This document shows positions 53,570 to 63,654 of a stretch of 64,000 nt of DNA, in pieces (the stretch's first letter is position 1; each line of letters begins with the position of its first letter). The stretch is from Candidatus Cloacimonadales bacterium (lineage in GTDB: Bacteria > Cloacimonadota > Cloacimonadia > Cloacimonadales > JAFGVF01): contig OY762964.1 of assembly GCA_963667035.1 (NCBI GenBank), positions 2,272,001 through 2,336,000 on the forward strand. The letters run 5' to 3'. Below the pieces are notes generated by a model. That model was not told where the DNA came from and did not search any database. It saw only the letters and a program-made list of their open reading frames with translations. Both the position numbers and the translations under genes were made by a program.

Positions 53570-55297
53570 TTAAACTATTACATCATATGTAATGCCATGC
53601 AATCTTTTATATTCTTCATCAGCTCTTCTATTTGTCATTCCAGCAATATAGTCACATATAGTTCTCATTATAGCTGCCTTAAAAATGTCATTGTCTGAGA
53701 AAAGATGTGCATTCAGAATATTTCTCAATTCACCAACTTTTGGACTCTTTTCAAAAGTTATCGAATTATAATACTTCTGTTGAGTAAGTCTATTCTGTTT
53801 AATTAAGCTTATTAGGTTATTACTAGTATCATTACGTGCCTCTAGTATATTTAAAATTTGCTCATGCTCTACTTTGTTAGAGAATTTTAATCGTTTTCGT
53901 AATCTTTGTACTATGTATAAAGGTTCATGAATGTATGTTTCACTTTCTTTTGATTTATATAATTTGCGGAATGTTTTAACATAAACAGTTTGATGTTGAT
54001 ATTTTTCATGTTCAACATACTTGTTTACTGCATCAAAAATGCATTCATTTAGATAGTTGATAAATAATTGTATAACTGTGCTATCTGGCAATTGTTGTGG
54101 ATTGACAACAAGTGCTGCAAATACTTTTTTAAGCACATATTGACATCTTCCATTCATAACTTGCACTTTATGAGAGTTAACAATTAAATTCATCATTTTT
54201 TTTTGCATCACATTATCATTGATAAAGAAACTATCTGTGAATATGTTTTTTTGTATCATTTCCACAGAGGTTTTTTCCTCAACAAAACGAGCAACCAGAT
54301 CTTCTAGATTTCCATATTCTTTATCAATCTTCTCGAAATATGTATTAAAAGCCTCTAGAGTTTTTTCAACGTATAAATCAACAATAAAACTAGATATTAT
54401 CTGCATAAAATCAGTAGTATTAAGCTTACATAGTGTTGTTGCACTTCCATACTTTTTAATTAAATTCTTATGATGATTCCCTTTCAACTCTTTTATCAAT
54501 TCAATAATTTCCTTATGAGAAATAATTCTTTCATGAAGACCATCTTCAATATCATGATGCCTTTGAGCAATCTCGTCAGAATATGTAACAACAATCGCTT
54601 CAAAAGTAAAATAGTTAATAGAATTGAATCTTATTTGATATCTTTTTTCATAATAGTCCATGTCAAACGCTACATCGCATTTTGATCCATTTCCCTTGTG
54701 ACAACTCTTTTTATCTTTACTTGCATAAAAACACTTTTCAAAATTAAGTACAGAATGATTAAGTATTCCCCATATAGTCTGATAATTTAAATTTAATCCT
54801 TTGTTACCTTTATGACTAATCAAATCTACAACATTTCGAACACTTTGCCAATTATGCTTATAACCTCTTGTGCTTAAATCTTTTTCTCTATCAAATATCT
54901 TGTTAAAATCTGCAGGAATATCTTCGCAACAACCATGCATGATATTGTTTAGCGTAGCTTCGCCCATATGTCCAAATGCTGTATGTCCAATATCATGTCC
55001 TAATGCTATTGCTTCTGCAATTTCTTCATTTAAACCAAGTGTTTTGCATATAGTTGTAGCTATTTGGGCTACTTCAATAGAGTGAGTCATTCTGTTTCTA
55101 ACATGATCATCCATATTTGTTAGAAATACTTGGGTTTTATCCATCATACGCCTAAAAGCTTTGGAATAAAGTATTCTATCCCTATCCTTCTGGAATGGAG
55201 ATCTAGCAATAAAGATTGTGTTTTTGTTTGTTGACTTGTTTGTTGATTTGTTAAATCGATCAACTTTAGTAAATGCAAACTTTTCCCATTTAGCCAT
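53570..55297 (-). CDS. dgt: dNTP triphosphohydrolase (dGTPase family, HD domain)
   Basis: RSPFQKDRDRILYSKAFRR, RNRMTHS, GHDIGH, DEIA...HDIEDG, CDYIAGMT. Confidence 0.9.
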   Translation of the reverse strand: MAKWEKFAFTKVDRFNKSTNKSTNKNTIFIARSPFQKDRDRILYSKAFRRMMDKTQVFLTNMDDHVRNRMTHSIEVAQIATTICKTLGLNEEIAEAIALGHDIGHTAFGHMGEATLNNIMHGCCEDIPADFNKIFDREKDLSTRGYKHNWQSVRNVVDLISHKGNKGLNLNYQTIWGILNHSVLNFEKCFYASKDKKSCHKGNGSKCDVAFDMDYYEKRYQIRFNSINYFTFEAIVVTYSDEIAQRHHDIEDGLHERIISHKEIIELIKELKGNHHKNLIKKYGSATTLCKLNTTDFMQIISSFIVDLYVEKTLEAFNTYFEKIDKEYGNLEDLVARFVEEKTSVEMIQKNIFTDSFFINDNVMQKKMMNLIVNSHKVQVMNGRCQYVLKKVFAALVVNPQQLPDSTVIQLFINYLNECIFDAVNKYVEHEKYQHQTVYVKTFRKLYKSKESETYIHEPLYIVQRLRKRLKFSNKVEHEQILNILEARNDTSNNLISLIKQNRLTQQKYYNSITFEKSPKVGELRNILNAHLFSDNDIFKAAIMRTICDYIAGMTNRRADEEYKRLHGITYDVIV

Positions 55298-55410
55298 ACA
55301 TACTCCTTTATTTCAAAAAGGTAAGTAATTTAATATAATGTCAAGATATTTGTTAAAAAAATGTTAAGTATTTATATTTGTGTGACTATTTATAATTATA
55401 TATTACTTTA

Positions 55411-55851
55411 CTACTTGATTATCACATTCAATTCCTGATACCGACTTACTACAGGTAACAACTGATTATCAATAGCTTCTTTAATAGAGCGAACAGGTAG
55501 TTCTTCAGTCATGATTTGCTCAATCGTTAGAGTTTTAAGATTCACAGATGGATGTGTATCTCTAAGAGCGTACATCATTTGGGTGATGCATGTATAGGCT
55601 TGCATTCCTCTACCGATATTCTCCAAACTCAGATTAAACCTGTCAGCATAATTACTTAAATCCTCAACATAACCTTCATTAGCTATGTGATAGATACTGC
55701 TCAGATTCTTTGTGATACTCCCAAACTCATGATTATTCTGGTTTAACATACAAACGAGACCAACAAGCCCCGACTTCTTCTCAATACAAAGCACAAGCTT
55801 CCAGAGCCTTCCCGATAAGCCTTCCAAGATTGGCAACAAACTCAATTTCAT
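55411..55851 (-). CDS. Hypothetical protein of a multicopy family, possibly degenerating
   Basis: GGGAG RBS; C-terminus matches the partial gene at 1..83. Confidence 0.7.
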   Translation of the reverse strand: MKLSLLPILEGLSGRLWKLVLCIEKKSGLVGLVCMLNQNNHEFGSITKNLSSIYHIANEGYVEDLSNYADRFNLSLENIGRGMQAYTCITQMMYALRDTHPSVNLKTLTIEQIMTEELPVRSIKEAIDNQLLPVVSRYQELNVIIK

Positions 55852-55875
55852 TTTCTTCTCCCTTTGTTTTTATTT

Positions 55876-55929
55876 GGAACGCAGACATCCTTGTCTGCAA
55901 ATAGATGCAGGCTGGAAGCCTGCGGTCCC
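55876..55929. repeat. Inverted pair of REP-like palindromes (BIME-like)
   Basis: GGAACGCAGACATCCTTGTCTGC + 8 nt + GCAGGCTGGAAGCCTGCGGTCCC (reverse complement GGGACCGCAGGCTTCCAGCCTGC). Confidence 0.75.
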
Positions 55930-55981
55930 TAAACTCAACCATTACGAAGGTACATATGATACTTCATCAACTTACTTCTTT

Positions 55982-56023
55982 CATTCACCATTTAGCATTT
56001 TGCATTTTGCATTTTGCATTTTT
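55982..56023 (+). repeat. Heptamer array, 6 units
   Basis: CATTCAC CATTTAG CATTTTG CATTTTG CATTTTG CATTTTT. Confidence 0.85.
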
Positions 56024-56034
56024 AATCCCGATTT

Positions 56035-56248
56035 TCTCCCGTTTTGCACTTGAGCAACAAAGTCTGAATTGAGATATAACACTCCCAAACATCTTACTAA
56101 TTTCCAACTCCAAAATCATGTTTTGAGTAAGTGTTGAGTAAGAGATAAGTAAGGATTGAGTCAATATTGCTCATGGGAGTAACGTGGGGGTGGAGGGATA
56201 ATTGAAGCAAAATTCAAATTTTCAGTATTTTTCTATTGACTTGTTAAA
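56035..56248. repeat. Dispersed non-coding element, copy B
   Basis: TGAGCAA 56051 / TTGCTCA 56167 arms; CTTAC 56093; GTAAG 56127, 56138, 56149; TGGAGGGATA 56191; TTGACTTGTTAAA 56236. Confidence 0.7.
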
Positions 56249-56350
56249 GTTTATATTGGTATTGATAGATTCAAGTTCGATGGAGGAAGAAAGCTCTCAA
56301 GAACCAGAGTGAAAAAGGGCAAAACCAGAGTTATATATAGTAGAAGCATG

Positions 56351-56392
56351 ATAAATGCTAAATTATAAATGTTAAATGCTGAATGCAAAATG
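56351..56392 (-). repeat. Heptamer array, 6 units, inverted relative to 55982..56023
   Basis: ATAAATG CTAAATT ATAAATG TTAAATG CTGAATG CAAAATG. Confidence 0.8.
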
Positions 56393-56776
56393 AAATGTAA
56401 TCCTACTTCGCTAAAGCTTCAACCTTAAATAAGGCTACGGCTCGATAAACGCCCTGCTTCTATAGCTCAAGTCTAAGCGAACAGCGGGAGCTCGACTCAA
56501 GGCAGAACATGGCATAAGCGCTTTAATCTGCTTCGGAGTAACCCGTTAATCAAGACTCATTATTATATCATAAAAAACAACATTGACAATAGATAGATGT
56601 AATTGCATATAAAGAGAGTAAACTAAATCAAAAATCAATTCCTGCTTGACACATAATAAAACTGATTATAAATGCATAACACTAAAGGTTTGAACCGCTA
56701 CTGTTTAATGTACCGACTTACTAACTTATAATAATTCAATCAGATAGCGTAAAATCAAGCCTAAAAGCAGGAGAAA

Positions 56777-58873
56777 ATGTCTACTACAGATTTAAGCAAA
56801 ATTCGTAACATTGGAATTATGGCTCACATTGATGCCGGTAAAACAACAACTACCGAGAGAATCCTATTCTATTCAGGTGTGCTTAGAAGAATGGGTGAAG
56901 TGCATGACGGCAATGCATATACTGACTGGATGGATCAGGAAAGAGAAAGAGGTATTACAATAACTTCTGCGACCGTTAGCTGTTTTTGGAACGATCACAC
57001 TATAAATATTATTGATACACCGGGGCATGTTGACTTCACAGCGGAAGTTGAACGCTCCTTAAGAGTACTGGACGGAGCTGTAGGCGTCTTCTGTGCCGTT
57101 GGAGGTGTTGAGCCTCAATCCGAAACCGTCTGGCATCAGGCAAATCGTTATCATGTTCCCCGCATTGCTTTTGTGAATAAACTTGATCGTATGGGAGCTG
57201 ACTTTGAACATGCTGTAAGCATGATGAGAGAACGTTTAACCGACCATGCCACTCCTATACAGCTTCCAATCGGAGAAGAGGAAAACTTCTCTGACATTAT
57301 TGATATTATCACTATGCAAGCCTACGAGTTTGATAATGATAATCAAGGTTTAGACGTAAAAGTGAAAGCAATACCTGAAGAGGAACTGGAAAGAGCTATC
57401 TTTGCCAGAGAAGAGCTTATTGAGAAAATCTCTGAATACGACGATGAACTCATGGAGCTTTATCTCGAAGGAGAAGAGATTAGTACGGAATTAATCAAAC
57501 GTGCTATCAGAAACGGTGTCATCCATCACGGATTCGTACCTGTGCTTTGCGGTAGTTCACTCAAGAACAAGGGTGTTCAGCTACTTCTGAATGCTGTTAA
57601 TGACTACTTGCCTTCACCTTTAGATATCGGTGGCACAACCGGTCACGATCCTAAAACTGATAAAGAGATTGAAGTGCTTCCAAATGTGAACGGAAAGTTT
57701 GCCGCATTAGCTTTTAAGATTCAAGTTGATAAATACGTCGGAAAGCTTCTTTATATAAGAGTCTATAGAGGCAGAATCAAAAAAGGTGATACCTACTTGA
57801 ATCAGACTAACGGGAAGAAAGAACGTGTAGCGAGAATATTACAGATGCATTCAAATAAAAAGAACGATGTGGACGAACTGCATGCAGGAGATATTGGAGC
57901 AATTGTCGGTTCCAAGATTACTTTTACAGGTGATACAATAACCGATACGAGTTCTAACCTTATCATGCATAAGATGACTTTCCCCGATACTGTTATCTCA
58001 ATTGCGATTGAACCGAAATCCAAAGCGGATGAAGAAAGCTTAAACGATGCTTTGAGAAGACTTGAAGAGGAAGACCCGACCTTTAAAGTGCATACTGATA
58101 AAGATACAGGTCAGAACCTTATATCAGGTATGGGTGAATTACATCTGGAGATTATCATTGATAGATTGAAACGTGAGTTTAACGTTAATGCTAATGTCGG
58201 TACTCCGCAGGTTTCTTATAAAGAAACTATAACCAAACCTTTCGTAGTGGAAGAGACTTTCAATCGAGAGCTTGGAGGTAAGGGTAACTTTGCCCATGTC
58301 CGGTTTAGAGTATCTCCGATGAAAGAAGACGAGTTACCGGAAGGTGAAAAGAACCTTTTTGTTTCAAGTGTACCTTTCGATCAAATACCGGAAGAGTATC
58401 AGACTGCTATCAAAGACAGTGCTTTAAATACTTTAACGGATGGACCTCAGATAAGCGGTTTATGCGAAAGAGTGAAGATTGACTTGATTGGCGGAAGTTA
58501 TCATGATTTAGACTCTAATGAAACAGCTTACAGAATTGCAACATCAATGGCAATCGGTAATGCTCTGAGGTCAGCAAGTCCCATACTTATGGAACCTGTT
58601 ATGCTGTTAACAGTCATTACTCCCGAGGAATATGTTGGTGACATAATCTCTGATGTTAACTCCAAAAGAGGAAGAATCGAAATTATCAGAACCGATAGTA
58701 ACGATAAAAACGAGATTGTATGTGATGTACCTATGAGTGAGTTGTTCGGTTATGCTACAAGAGTTAGAACTCTCAGTTCAGGAAGAGCAATATATACACT
58801 TGAGTTTAAGAAATATGAAATTGTCCCGGCTACTATTCAGGAAAAGCTGATTAAGAAGTTTAGAGGATATTAA
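56777..58873 (+). CDS. fusA: Elongation factor G, stand-alone paralog
   Basis: [34 protein letters not shown]; no rpsG or tuf neighbours. Confidence 0.95.
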   Translation: MSTTDLSKIRNIGIMAHIDAGKTTTTERILFYSGVLRRMGEVHDGNAYTDWMDQERERGITITSATVSCFWNDHTINIIDTPGHVDFTAEVERSLRVLDGAVGVFCAVGGVEPQSETVWHQANRYHVPRIAFVNKLDRMGADFEHAVSMMRERLTDHATPIQLPIGEEENFSDIIDIITMQAYEFDNDNQGLDVKVKAIPEEELERAIFAREELIEKISEYDDELMELYLEGEEISTELIKRAIRNGVIHHGFVPVLCGSSLKNKGVQLLLNAVNDYLPSPLDIGGTTGHDPKTDKEIEVLPNVNGKFAALAFKIQVDKYVGKLLYIRVYRGRIKKGDTYLNQTNGKKERVARILQMHSNKKNDVDELHAGDIGAIVGSKITFTGDTITDTSSNLIMHKMTFPDTVISIAIEPKSKADEESLNDALRRLEEEDPTFKVHTDKDTGQNLISGMGELHLEIIIDRLKREFNVNANVGTPQVSYKETITKPFVVEETFNRELGGKGNFAHVRFRVSPMKEDELPEGEKNLFVSSVPFDQIPEEYQTAIKDSALNTLTDGPQISGLCERVKIDLIGGSYHDLDSNETAYRIATSMAIGNALRSASPILMEPVMLLTVITPEEYVGDIISDVNSKRGRIEIIRTDSNDKNEIVCDVPMSELFGYATRVRTLSSGRAIYTLEFKKYEIVPATIQEKLIKKFRGY

Positions 58874-58894
58874 TAAAGTTTAAAGGGTATACCC

Positions 58895-58924
58895 GGCATC
58901 CTCGTTATCGGGGGTGCCTTTTTT
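58895..58924 (+). terminator. Intrinsic terminator after fusA
   Basis: GGCATCCTCG-TTAT-CGGGGGTGCC-TTTTTT. Confidence 0.8.
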
Positions 58925-58993
58925 ATTATATAAAGCAAATAGCAAAGAGCATAATAATAACTCTTTGCTATTCAGTTGTCTTGTATGTGAATA

Positions 58994-60145
58994 TTAGTAA
59001 AGTTTAAGTTTAACTATCTGGGTCTCGATGTCTGCATTCTTAAAGCGTCTTGTTCTATCCGCTCTTAGTCTTAACTCTGAAGCAAGTTCTTTGTTCCCCG
59101 CCAAAACATAAGCGGTTGAGCCTTTACATTTCTGTTTAAAGAAATCCCCGAGCTCGTTGTAAAGCTTTTTTACTCCGGAATCGTCTCCAAGTCTGACTCC
59201 ATAAGGTGGATTAGTTATAATAGTGCTATTCTCAATTGGCGGAAGAGCTCTAAAATCCTTTCTAATCACCTCTACCCTATCACCGTAAGGTAATACGGAT
59301 AGATTGTTAATACATCTCTCAACAGCCATATCAGAAACATCGCTTCCATATATCAAATCTTGGGGTAGCTCTCTAATCCGGGAATTAGCTTTTTCAACTA
59401 CTTCTTTAAATAGTCTTTCACTATAATCCGGTAAATGGTTGACTCCCCATTTCTTTCTCAAATAACCTGCCGGGATTCTGCAATAGAGCATCAGAGCTTC
59501 TGCTAACAATGTTCCTGAACCACAAAAAGGGTCGATAAGAGGTCTTTCTCCTTCCCATTTGGAGTATCTGATAATGGCAGCGCCTAAGGTCTCCTGCAAG
59601 GGGGCGAGAACTCCTCTACTTCTGTAACCTCTTTTGTGCATTGAAGTAAGAGATAAATCAAGCCCGATATTGACTCTGTTTCTATGAATATGAAGAGAAA
59701 ATCTGACATCGGGTTCCTTCTGGTCGTAATCAGGTCTCTTGTCATACTTCTTTCTGAATTGATCAACAATAGCATCCTTCATAACCTGACCCGCATAATG
59801 AGAATGCTTAATCTTACTATCAGAGACATTAGCATTAATGGCAAAAGATTCTTCGAGAGAAAATATCTCAGACCAATCAATATTGCCTGTTTGACTATAA
59901 AGATACTTCTCGCTATGGCAATCAAAACTAATCAGAGGTGCAATAATACGAGTAGCTAGTCTTGATTGATATAGAATTCGATACAGAGATTCTTTATCCG
60001 CTTTAAAGCTTAAACCTCGATAAATAGGTTGAACCTCCTTAGCTCCAAGTTCAGCAAATTCAAGAGATGTCATATCCTCCATGTAATTAGCTGTCTGGGC
60101 AAAGTACTGATTGTATCTTTGATACTCGTATTTATTCTTTTTCAT
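58994..60145 (-). CDS. THUMP-domain RNA m2G methyltransferase (RlmL/YpsC-like)
   Basis: MHKRGYR, APLQETL, DPFCGSGT, TNPPYG. Confidence 0.92.
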   Translation of the reverse strand: MKKNKYEYQRYNQYFAQTANYMEDMTSLEFAELGAKEVQPIYRGLSFKADKESLYRILYQSRLATRIIAPLISFDCHSEKYLYSQTGNIDWSEIFSLEESFAINANVSDSKIKHSHYAGQVMKDAIVDQFRKKYDKRPDYDQKEPDVRFSLHIHRNRVNIGLDLSLTSMHKRGYRSRGVLAPLQETLGAAIIRYSKWEGERPLIDPFCGSGTLLAEALMLYCRIPAGYLRKKWGVNHLPDYSERLFKEVVEKANSRIRELPQDLIYGSDVSDMAVERCINNLSVLPYGDRVEVIRKDFRALPPIENSTIITNPPYGVRLGDDSGVKKLYNELGDFFKQKCKGSTAYVLAGNKELASELRLRADRTRRFKNADIETQIVKLKLY

Positions 60146-60158
60146 TGTATTCCTGCTT

Positions 60159-60886
60159 TTATAATAAGTCTATCTCCACAAATATTTGTCTTACAAAGAT
60201 GGCAAACAAAATCGCTAAAAGGAAGCTAATTAATGTTCCGATAAGGACATATTCAACACGTTTATCAGTGCGATATCGCAACCAAGATTTGATTGTTAGA
60301 AGAAACCCAACGCCTAACGGTTGGTTGATTATGATGAGAGTAAGAATGATAAGTCTTTCTGTAATTCCAATGATTGCTCCACTATGCTTCACTGAGTCTT
60401 TGAACTCATCCTCGTGCTCAGGATTCTCTTCAATTATGTAATCCATAAGCTTAATAATAAACACTTTTGAGAAACCGGTCACACCAATTACACCGATAAG
60501 GGCTATCAGTATTATGTGAAACATTCCTAACAACTCATCATAGAAGATTTGAACATTAATCTTTGCAAGTGCTGATATAGCTAACAAGGCACTCAAATGC
60601 AATACTTGATCTATGATAAAGAGTTTGTACTCGGTGTAGCTTTTCGCTTCTAACTTAACAATAGTAAAGTCAATGATAAGATGCTGAGAAAACGCTAATG
60701 GTAAAACAAGTAGAAGGTTATCAACTTCAAATAGCAGCATGACACAGGTAGTAATGATTGAATGAATCAAAGTGTGTAGAAGAAGGTATCTGAACTTCTC
60801 TTTTTCTTCCTTACTAGAGTGTCAGATTGTAACCAGAAATCTGCGATAAAGTGCACAGACAATAATAGTACATAAACCTCTAACAT
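60159..60886 (-). pseudogene. DUF3307 (SatE-like) membrane protein with a frameshift near 60800
   Basis: ATG 60886 reads MLEVYVLLLSVHFIADFWLQSD; another frame continues KFRYLLLHTLIH...HLIID...IDQVLH...GAIIGITER...EYVLIGTL. Confidence 0.75.
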
Positions 60887-60971
60887 AGTGTAATATCCTT
60901 TATTGTTTCATATATGAATATACAACCTCCAGAGGTTGTAAATGCCAGATACAAACTATGGAGTTTGTATA

Positions 60972-61208
60972 TTACTTTTCTAATTTAAGCATAAACTCTT
61001 GTATATCATTCCAATAACAGTTTTCTAAGATGTTTGAAAAAGCTTGCTGAGACGCTGACTGAGTTGTTACTCCCTTCTGACTAAAAATATTGCTAATTTC
61101 TAATTGAGTTATTCCTAACAAAGCATAAGAAAAAACATTCGTCTGCTTCTGTGTTTGCTTCTGGATCAAAAGATCAAGGAATCTAATGTTGTTTCTCATA
61201 CATGCCAC
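60972..61208 (-). pseudogene. Probable C-terminal HTH remnant of a SatD-like gene
   Basis: TQKQ...TQLEIS...SQQAFSNIL...W pattern directly upstream of DUF3307; N-terminal part absent. Confidence 0.45.
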
Positions 61209-61371
61209 AATCGTTCCCGTTATCTTTCAAACACAAGTTTAAGAAGAGCTCAGAATCAACTACTAAAAGAAGTATTGATTCACTAACCTAAAAAAGATTT
61301 GACACTAAATCCAAGAGTTAGCCAAGTTGACGGTAGAGATTTAAGAAATCAATATATAACAGGAGGAAACG

Positions 61372-62988
61372 ATGGGAATCGTACCCAAGCCTTACAATGA
61401 ACCAATCATGCCTTATGCCCCAGGCAATCCTGAAACAATTAAACTTACTGAGACTTTAGAGAAGATGTCTAAAGAGAAAATCGAAATTCCATTGATTATC
61501 GGAGGAAAAGAGGTAAGAACCGGTAATATGGGAAAATGTGTTGAACCACATAATCATAAAAATGTCATTGCAGAATATCATAAAGCAGGAACCAAAGAAG
61601 TAGAAATGGCTATCGAAGCAGCCATGAAAGCTAAAGTTGAATGGGAAAAAACTCCTTATACAATGCGTGCCGCTATCTTCTTAAAAGCTGCTGAGCTTCT
61701 TGCAACTAAATATCGTTTTGTTGTTAATGCTGCAACTATGTTGAACCAATCAAAGAATCCTTTCCAGGCTGAGATTGATAGTGCATGTGAACTTGCAGAT
61801 TTCTGGCGTTTCAACGCTTATTACATGGAACAGATTTATGAAGATCAAGACCTTATCAATCCAAAAGGTATGTGGAATCGCTTAGAGTTCCGTCCTCTTG
61901 AAGGTTTCGTATTTGCAGTAACACCGTTTAACTTTACTTCTATTGCAGGTAACCTTCCTACAGCTCCTGCTATAATGGGTAACGTGGCAATCTGGAAACC
62001 TGCTTCTACTGCAGTTTATTCAGGTTACTATTTAATGAAACTTCTCCAGGAAGCCGGTGTTCCTGACGGTGTTATTAACTTCGTACCGGGATCAGGTAGT
62101 CAGGTTGGTGACCCAGTTATGGCTAGCGAACACTTTGCAGGTATCCACTTCACAGGTTCAACCGAAGTTTTCCAGAACATGTGGAAGCTTATTGGTAACA
62201 ACATCCATAAGTATCGCTCATATCCAAGAATCGTTGGTGAGACCGGTGGTAAAGACTTTATCTTTGCTCATAAATCAGCTCAGGTACGCCCTCTTGCAAT
62301 AGCTGCTTTACGTGGTGCTTTCGAATATCAAGGACAAAAATGTTCTGCTGCTTCAAGAATGTATGTTCCTACTTCTATCTGGGATGAGTTTGTTAGTGAA
62401 CTTACAACAGAGCTTAAAACAGTGAAAATGGGATCAGTACATGACTTCAGTAACTTTGTTAATGCTGTAATAGACAAAAACAGTTTCGATAACTGTGTCT
62501 CTTATATCGAACATGCTAAGAAAGCCGATGATGCAGAAATCGTATTCGGTGGACAGTATGACGACAGTGTTGGATATTTCGTGCAACCAACCGTTATCAA
62601 GACATCAAATCCTAAGTTCAAATCAATGGAAGAAGAGATTTTCGGACCTATCTTGACTATCTATGTTTATGAAGATGAGAAGTATGAAGAAACTCTTAAG
62701 CTTTGTGATGAGACTTCTCCTTATGCTCTTACCGGAGCAATCTGGGGACAAGACAGATATGCAGTGCAAAAAGGTATTGATGCTCTTACTCATACAGCAG
62801 GTAACTTCTACATTAACGATAAGCCAACCGGAGCAGTTGTCGGTCAACAACCATTCGGTGGTGCTCGTGGTTCAGGTACAAATGACAAAGCCGGTTCTGC
62901 TCTCAACCTTATGCGTTGGGTTTCAGTCAGGACTATCAAAGAAACTTTCGTACCAGCAACAGACTATCGCTATCCTTTCATGGGATAA
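61372..62988 (+). CDS. pruA: 1-pyrroline-5-carboxylate dehydrogenase
   Basis: PFNFT, FTGST, GETGGKD, YQGQKCSA, EEIFGP, QPFGG. Confidence 0.96.
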   Translation: MGIVPKPYNEPIMPYAPGNPETIKLTETLEKMSKEKIEIPLIIGGKEVRTGNMGKCVEPHNHKNVIAEYHKAGTKEVEMAIEAAMKAKVEWEKTPYTMRAAIFLKAAELLATKYRFVVNAATMLNQSKNPFQAEIDSACELADFWRFNAYYMEQIYEDQDLINPKGMWNRLEFRPLEGFVFAVTPFNFTSIAGNLPTAPAIMGNVAIWKPASTAVYSGYYLMKLLQEAGVPDGVINFVPGSGSQVGDPVMASEHFAGIHFTGSTEVFQNMWKLIGNNIHKYRSYPRIVGETGGKDFIFAHKSAQVRPLAIAALRGAFEYQGQKCSAASRMYVPTSIWDEFVSELTTELKTVKMGSVHDFSNFVNAVIDKNSFDNCVSYIEHAKKADDAEIVFGGQYDDSVGYFVQPTVIKTSNPKFKSMEEEIFGPILTIYVYEDEKYEETLKLCDETSPYALTGAIWGQDRYAVQKGIDALTHTAGNFYINDKPTGAVVGQQPFGGARGSGTNDKAGSALNLMRWVSVRTIKETFVPATDYRYPFMG

Positions 62989-63002
62989 AATTATAAAACT
63001 GA

Positions 63003-63028
63003 AAAGGGTAGCAGAAATGCTACCCTTT
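63003..63028. terminator. Bidirectional terminator
   Basis: AAAGGGTAGCA-GAAA-TGCTACCCTTT between convergent genes. Confidence 0.8.
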
Positions 63029-63051
63029 GTCATATATATTTATTTACATGT

Positions 63052-63510
63052 TTAAAACTTAATTCCAAGGTTAACCGTACATAAGATCAGTTGTAATCCT
63101 ATATCTCCATCAAAATAAACAAAGATTCCATCGTCTATCTCCCATTGGTTACCTATTCCTGCCGCAATTTTAGGAAATATAAATTTTCTGACAGGATCAT
63201 CATCAAACTTTACTTGTGCTACTTGAACTCCAGCCAACAACTTTGTATAAAAGTTATTGCTGTAAATAAAGTTATGTTCAGAATAGAGACTGGCAATAGC
63301 GGTTTTCTCTTTTTTATAATTAGGAGATATGAGACATGATGCCATTATATATAACTCTCTTAGTTGTGGAATTTTGCTATTTATTCTGCATCCAAATGCT
63401 GCACCATGATAGATTGAGTTTTGATAAGCTAGTTTATATGTTGGCTCTTCCCAAGCAAAAAGAGTTAATCCTAAAAGAGCTAAAGCTAGAGTTAAATAAA
63501 GATGTTTCAA
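63052..63510 (-). CDS. Exported hypothetical protein, small beta-barrel-like
   Basis: AGGAGG RBS before TTG 63510, signal peptide, terminal GIKF. Confidence 0.65.
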   Translation of the reverse strand: MKHLYLTLALALLGLTLFAWEEPTYKLAYQNSIYHGAAFGCRINSKIPQLRELYIMASCLISPNYKKEKTAIASLYSEHNFIYSNNFYTKLLAGVQVAQVKFDDDPVRKFIFPKIAAGIGNQWEIDDGIFVYFDGDIGLQLILCTVNLGIKF

Positions 63511-63601
63511 TATTACCCTCCTATTATTCAATCGTATGATTCGATTATAGTATGTATCATTTAAACTGTAAATCTTTTTTTTATAAAACAATCGGATAAC
63601 A

Positions 63602-63630
63602 TTGACAATCGATTTCATAGGTGGTATAAG
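63602..63630 (+). promoter_or_regulatory. Sigma70-type promoter
   Basis: TTGACA-17 nt-TATAAG upstream of the AraC gene. Confidence 0.65.
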
Positions 63631-63654
63631 CAAAAAAAATCAATGAGGTGAATA

